Assembly (NCBI GenBank): GCA_043798915.1
Contig: JAZDOG010000068.1
Location: forward strand, 498 to 64,497
Source of the DNA: Pseudomonadota bacterium
GTDB taxonomy: Bacteria; UBA10199; 2-02-FULL-44-16; JAAZCA01
Length of the DNA: 64,000 nucleotides
Direction: 5' to 3'
The notes under the pieces were generated by a model, which ran no database searches, was not told the origin of the DNA, and saw only the letters and a list, made by a program, of their open reading frames with translations. Positions 61,149 through 64,000 of this stretch are shown here, piece after piece (within the stretch, counting starts at the first letter, position 1; each line of letters opens with the position of its first letter). The translations under genes and the position numbers were made by a program.

Positions 61149-61703
61149 ATGAAGAAGTTCGCATTGGCAGTGGCAGTGGCGATGATAGTGGCAGGTGCAG
61201 CTCAGGTGGCAAAAGCCAGCAACGACAAGGCCGGCGGCGAGGCCGCAGCGAGCACCGGCAACAAATTTGGCTATGTCGATTTGAACCGCGCCCTCAATGA
61301 GGTGGCTGAGGGCAAGGCGGCCAAGGCAAAGCTCGAGGCGGACGGGAAGGCCAAGAAACAGAAGCTCGAGATCATGCAGAACGACCTGAAAAAGATGAAG
61401 GAAGATCTCGACAAGCAGCGCCTGATCCTCTCGGCCGACGCCATGAAGGAGAAGGAAGGCCAGTTCCAGCAGAAATTCATGGAGCTGCAGAAGACGAGCA
61501 ATGAGTTTGCACAGACCTTTGCCGATGCGGAAGCGTCTGCCATCAAGCCCATCAGCGAGAAGATGCAGAAGGTGATTCAGCAGATCGGGGCAAGCGAGGG
61601 CTACACCATGATCGTCCCCCGCGAGATGGCGCTCTATTCGCCAGCTGGCGCGGACCTCACCGAGCGGGTGATAACTGCCTACAACAGCGGCAAAGGCAAG
61701 TAG
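61149..61703 (+). CDS. skp: Periplasmic chaperone Skp/OmpH.
   Basis: A signal peptide and GYVDLNRALNEV with coiled-coil tentacles. It lies downstream of bamA, as in many Proteobacteria. Confidence 0.8.
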   Translation: MKKFALAVAVAMIVAGAAQVAKASNDKAGGEAAASTGNKFGYVDLNRALNEVAEGKAAKAKLEADGKAKKQKLEIMQNDLKKMKEDLDKQRLILSADAMKEKEGQFQQKFMELQKTSNEFAQTFADAEASAIKPISEKMQKVIQQIGASEGYTMIVPREMALYSPAGADLTERVITAYNSGKGK

Positions 61704-61713
61704 TTCAATCGAA

Positions 61714-61793
61714 CTGTCATTGCGAGCAAAGCGAAGCAATCTCTACTTAAGACAGAGAGATTGCTTCGTCGCTTTCGCTCCTCGCAATGACAG
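61714..61793. repeat. Long imperfect inverted repeat (stem-loop) between the two skp paralogs.
   Basis: The arms read ctgtcattgcgagcaaagcgaagcaatctct and agagattgcttcgtcgctttcgctcctcgcaatgacag, with an acttaagac loop. It is a possible terminator, attenuator or REP-like element. Confidence 0.6.
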
Positions 61794-61808
61794 CATGAAG
61801 GCGCATCG

Positions 61809-62372
61809 ATGCGAATCTTATTCGCTGGATTGATTGCAATTGCTGCGGCTCTGCTTCTCGCCGCCGGATCCTTGTCGGCAGGCGTGCGGGATGAGGGCCT
61901 GTCGGGCGGGGCTCAGAAGATCGGCTACGTCGATTTCAATCGCGCCCTGAATGAAGTCTCCGACGGAAAACGCGCAAAGCAGAGGCTCAAGGACGAGTTC
62001 CAGGAGAAACAACAGCAGCTCGATCGCCTGCAGGCTGAACTGGGGAAGTCCAAGGACTCGATCGATCGCGACCGTCTCCTGCTCTCCCCGGAGGCGGTAG
62101 ACGAGAAAGAGCAGAATTACCGGCGAAAATTCTCCGAACTTCAGCAGAGGCTCGAATCGTTCAAGAAAGAGATGAGCACAAAAGAATCAGAGCTCACCAA
62201 GGACATCCTCGGCCGGCTTCGCTCGATCGTTCGCGACATCGGAAAGGACGAAGGCTACACGTTGATCCTCGAGAAATCGCAGGATGTCGTGCTGTTCGCC
62301 CCCGAGGGCGGCGATCTGACAAGCCGCGTGATAAACGCTTACGACCGCGGCCGCGGCGGAAAGAAAAAGTAG
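61809..62372 (+). CDS. skp: Second periplasmic chaperone Skp/OmpH paralog.
   Basis: A signal peptide and GYVDFNRALNEV. Same architecture as the upstream copy. Confidence 0.8.
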   Translation: MRILFAGLIAIAAALLLAAGSLSAGVRDEGLSGGAQKIGYVDFNRALNEVSDGKRAKQRLKDEFQEKQQQLDRLQAELGKSKDSIDRDRLLLSPEAVDEKEQNYRRKFSELQQRLESFKKEMSTKESELTKDILGRLRSIVRDIGKDEGYTLILEKSQDVVLFAPEGGDLTSRVINAYDRGRGGKKK

Positions 62373-62377
62373 CTAAT

Positions 62378-63031
62378 ATGGGACTCGATCAGAATCTTCT
62401 TGATATCCTCGTTTGCCCTCAGTGCAAAGGGGCCCTTGCCTCAGTGGAGGGAAACCGGGGTCTGGTCTGCAACCGCTGCAAGATCAAGTTTCCAGTCCGA
62501 GACGGAATCCCCATCATGCTCATCGAGGAAGCGGTGGACTTGAGGGCCGGCCCTCGAGCCCCGGACGGGAGCGCTGTCCGGCTTCCCCGCGTCGCGTTTC
62601 GCGTCATCGACGGGCCGGACAACAACATGACCTTCCAGCTGGAGCAGGGGACCTGCCGCGCAATAGGGCGCACCAGCGCCGATCCCAACAAGACGACCGT
62701 CTTCAACGTCGATCTGGCGCTTACCCTGGACGAGGGAACGAGGAGCCTGGTCCTCGAATATGTAGCCAGGCAGTTTCGAAAGGCCGGAGGAGGGGCTGCG
62801 GCGCCCGGCGAACGCCTGGGGCAATTCCGCCGAGCCCCTGACATCGTCCTCACCGATTCAAGCCTCTCGAGGCTCCATGCAATGATCTTTTCCGATGAGT
62901 CCGGAGTAGGGATACTCGACCTCGTGAGCAAGAACGGCACCTACGTGAACGGCCAGGAGGTGGAGTCAAAAATCCTGAAGCATGGAGACACGATCGAGCT
63001 GGGCGAAACGACGATTTCTTTTGAGGGATAA
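62378..63031 (+). CDS. Trm112/YcaR-like zinc-ribbon (DUF343) fused to a C-terminal FHA domain.
   Basis: The N-terminus is LLDILVCPQCKGAL...LVCNRCKIKFPVRDGIPIML. The C-terminus is ...LHAMIFSDESGVGILDLVSKNGTYVNGQEV...LKHGDTIELG. Confidence 0.6.
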   Translation: MGLDQNLLDILVCPQCKGALASVEGNRGLVCNRCKIKFPVRDGIPIMLIEEAVDLRAGPRAPDGSAVRLPRVAFRVIDGPDNNMTFQLEQGTCRAIGRTSADPNKTTVFNVDLALTLDEGTRSLVLEYVARQFRKAGGGAAAPGERLGQFRRAPDIVLTDSSLSRLHAMIFSDESGVGILDLVSKNGTYVNGQEVESKILKHGDTIELGETTISFEG

Positions 63032-63036
63032 TTTTT

Positions 63037-63915
63037 ATGAGATCAATGACCGGCTATGGCACTGCTGAGGGGCGCGTGGAAAAAGGGCTCCTCTTCGTCG
63101 AGATAAAGAGCATCAACCACCGTTTCAGCGAGTTCAACGTCAAAATCCCCGGGCGAATGAGCATCCTCGAACCCCTCATCCGAAGCTATCTGCAGCCGCT
63201 CTTCCAGCGCGGGAAGGTCGACATCTTCTTCAAGGAGAAGGAACCCCTCTTCGGCGGCGTCACTATCTCCATAGACACGGAGCTCGCCCGCAAATACCAC
63301 CGGACCATCGAGAAGCTCAGGCGGGAACTCAAGATCAAAGTGGAAGGCGATTTTCTCCAGACCGTCGGGCTCGACCGTCTCATCAAAGTCGAAGAGCACG
63401 AGGGTTCCTACGATCGGCTGTGGGGGCAGATCGGCGCATTGCTCAAAAAGGCGGTCGCCCATGTGATCAAGATGCAGATGAAGGAGGGAGAGCATCTCGG
63501 GCGGGACCAGGCGCAGAGGCTCACAAACGTGAACCTCCTGGTGAAAAATATCCGGAGCCAGTCGGCCAGGGTGATGGGCCAGAACTTCGACCGCGTTCGC
63601 CGCAAAGCCATGAAGGGCAATCAGGAGGGGGAGGTCGACGAGCAGAGGCTGCAGATGGAGGTGGCTTTCCTGGGCGGCAGGCAGGACATCGCCGAGGAGA
63701 CCACGCGCCTGGAAAGCCACGTCAAACAATACGCAGGGCTCTTGCGCCTGAAAAAGGAGCCCATCGGCCGCAAACTCGATTTTATCCTGCAGGAGATGAA
63801 CCGCGAGATCAACACGATCGGCTCAAAGGCTGCCGATGCGCATATCTCCCGGATGGTCGTCGACTGCAAGGCCGAGCTGGAGAGGCTCAAGGAGCAGGTC
63901 CAGAATGTTGAATGA
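63037..63915 (+). CDS. yicC: YicC-family stress-induced protein (UPF0701).
   Basis: Present are the MRSMTGYG N-terminal signature and a C-terminal DUF1732 region. Confidence 0.9.
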   Translation: MRSMTGYGTAEGRVEKGLLFVEIKSINHRFSEFNVKIPGRMSILEPLIRSYLQPLFQRGKVDIFFKEKEPLFGGVTISIDTELARKYHRTIEKLRRELKIKVEGDFLQTVGLDRLIKVEEHEGSYDRLWGQIGALLKKAVAHVIKMQMKEGEHLGRDQAQRLTNVNLLVKNIRSQSARVMGQNFDRVRRKAMKGNQEGEVDEQRLQMEVAFLGGRQDIAEETTRLESHVKQYAGLLRLKKEPIGRKLDFILQEMNREINTIGSKAADAHISRMVVDCKAELERLKEQVQNVE

Positions 63916-64000
63916 AATATCGCACCTGAATTTCCCGCCTGAAATTGATTCCTTGTAAAACATTGCAAAATTAGCTACTTGATTGCATAACTTTACAAGA

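Overview
This is a 64-kb chromosomal segment of a high-GC (~65%) Gram-negative bacterium. Markers include sigma54, lolCDE-bamA-skp, lnt, murJ and a MYXO-CTERM-like sorting tail. A Myxococcota- or Desulfobacterota-like lineage is only an inference. About 55 genes are densely packed, mostly on the + strand, and most are housekeeping. They include an OPT transporter, miaB, tilS, ftsH-folP-glmM, pdxJ-acpS-nnr-tsaE, lpdA, lysC, recG, lipA, asnB, leuS, holA, rpsT, murJ, mazG, pgpH-like, ybeY-lnt, prfB (with its programmed +1 frameshift), lysS, lolC/E/D, bamA, two skp paralogs and yicC. Accessory or anomalous material interrupts otherwise conserved syntenies.

The accessory segments are:
- An IS3-family insertion sequence at the 5' edge.
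- A low-GC island between tilS and ftsH, with hypothetical genes and a large composite repeat.
- A sigma54-driven giant secreted FG-GAP and Cys-rich adhesin-like gene plus an OmpA-like outer membrane protein.
- A low-GC vapBC toxin-antitoxin cassette between leuS and holA, with a consensus sigma70 promoter.
- An orphan GAF histidine kinase, a low-GC GH13 hydrolase and a duplicated-motif membrane protein, together splitting prfB from lysS.

The most striking signal is a family of roughly 80-95 bp self-complementary elements. Each has a 'CCCTCC-TTTGTAA-GGAGGG' hairpin at both ends and a central GTAGATCATGATCTAC palindrome. At least four full copies and several degenerate or miniature ones are present. 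Two copies sit in frame inside the essential genes lipA and leuS, each adding about 27 codons. One supplies the C-terminal tail and stop codon of nnr. A miniature version sits in frame in lysC. A second micro-repeat, four tandem heptamers of CCGAGTN, lies in frame in both miaB and lpdA. No rRNA, tRNA or CRISPR was recognised.
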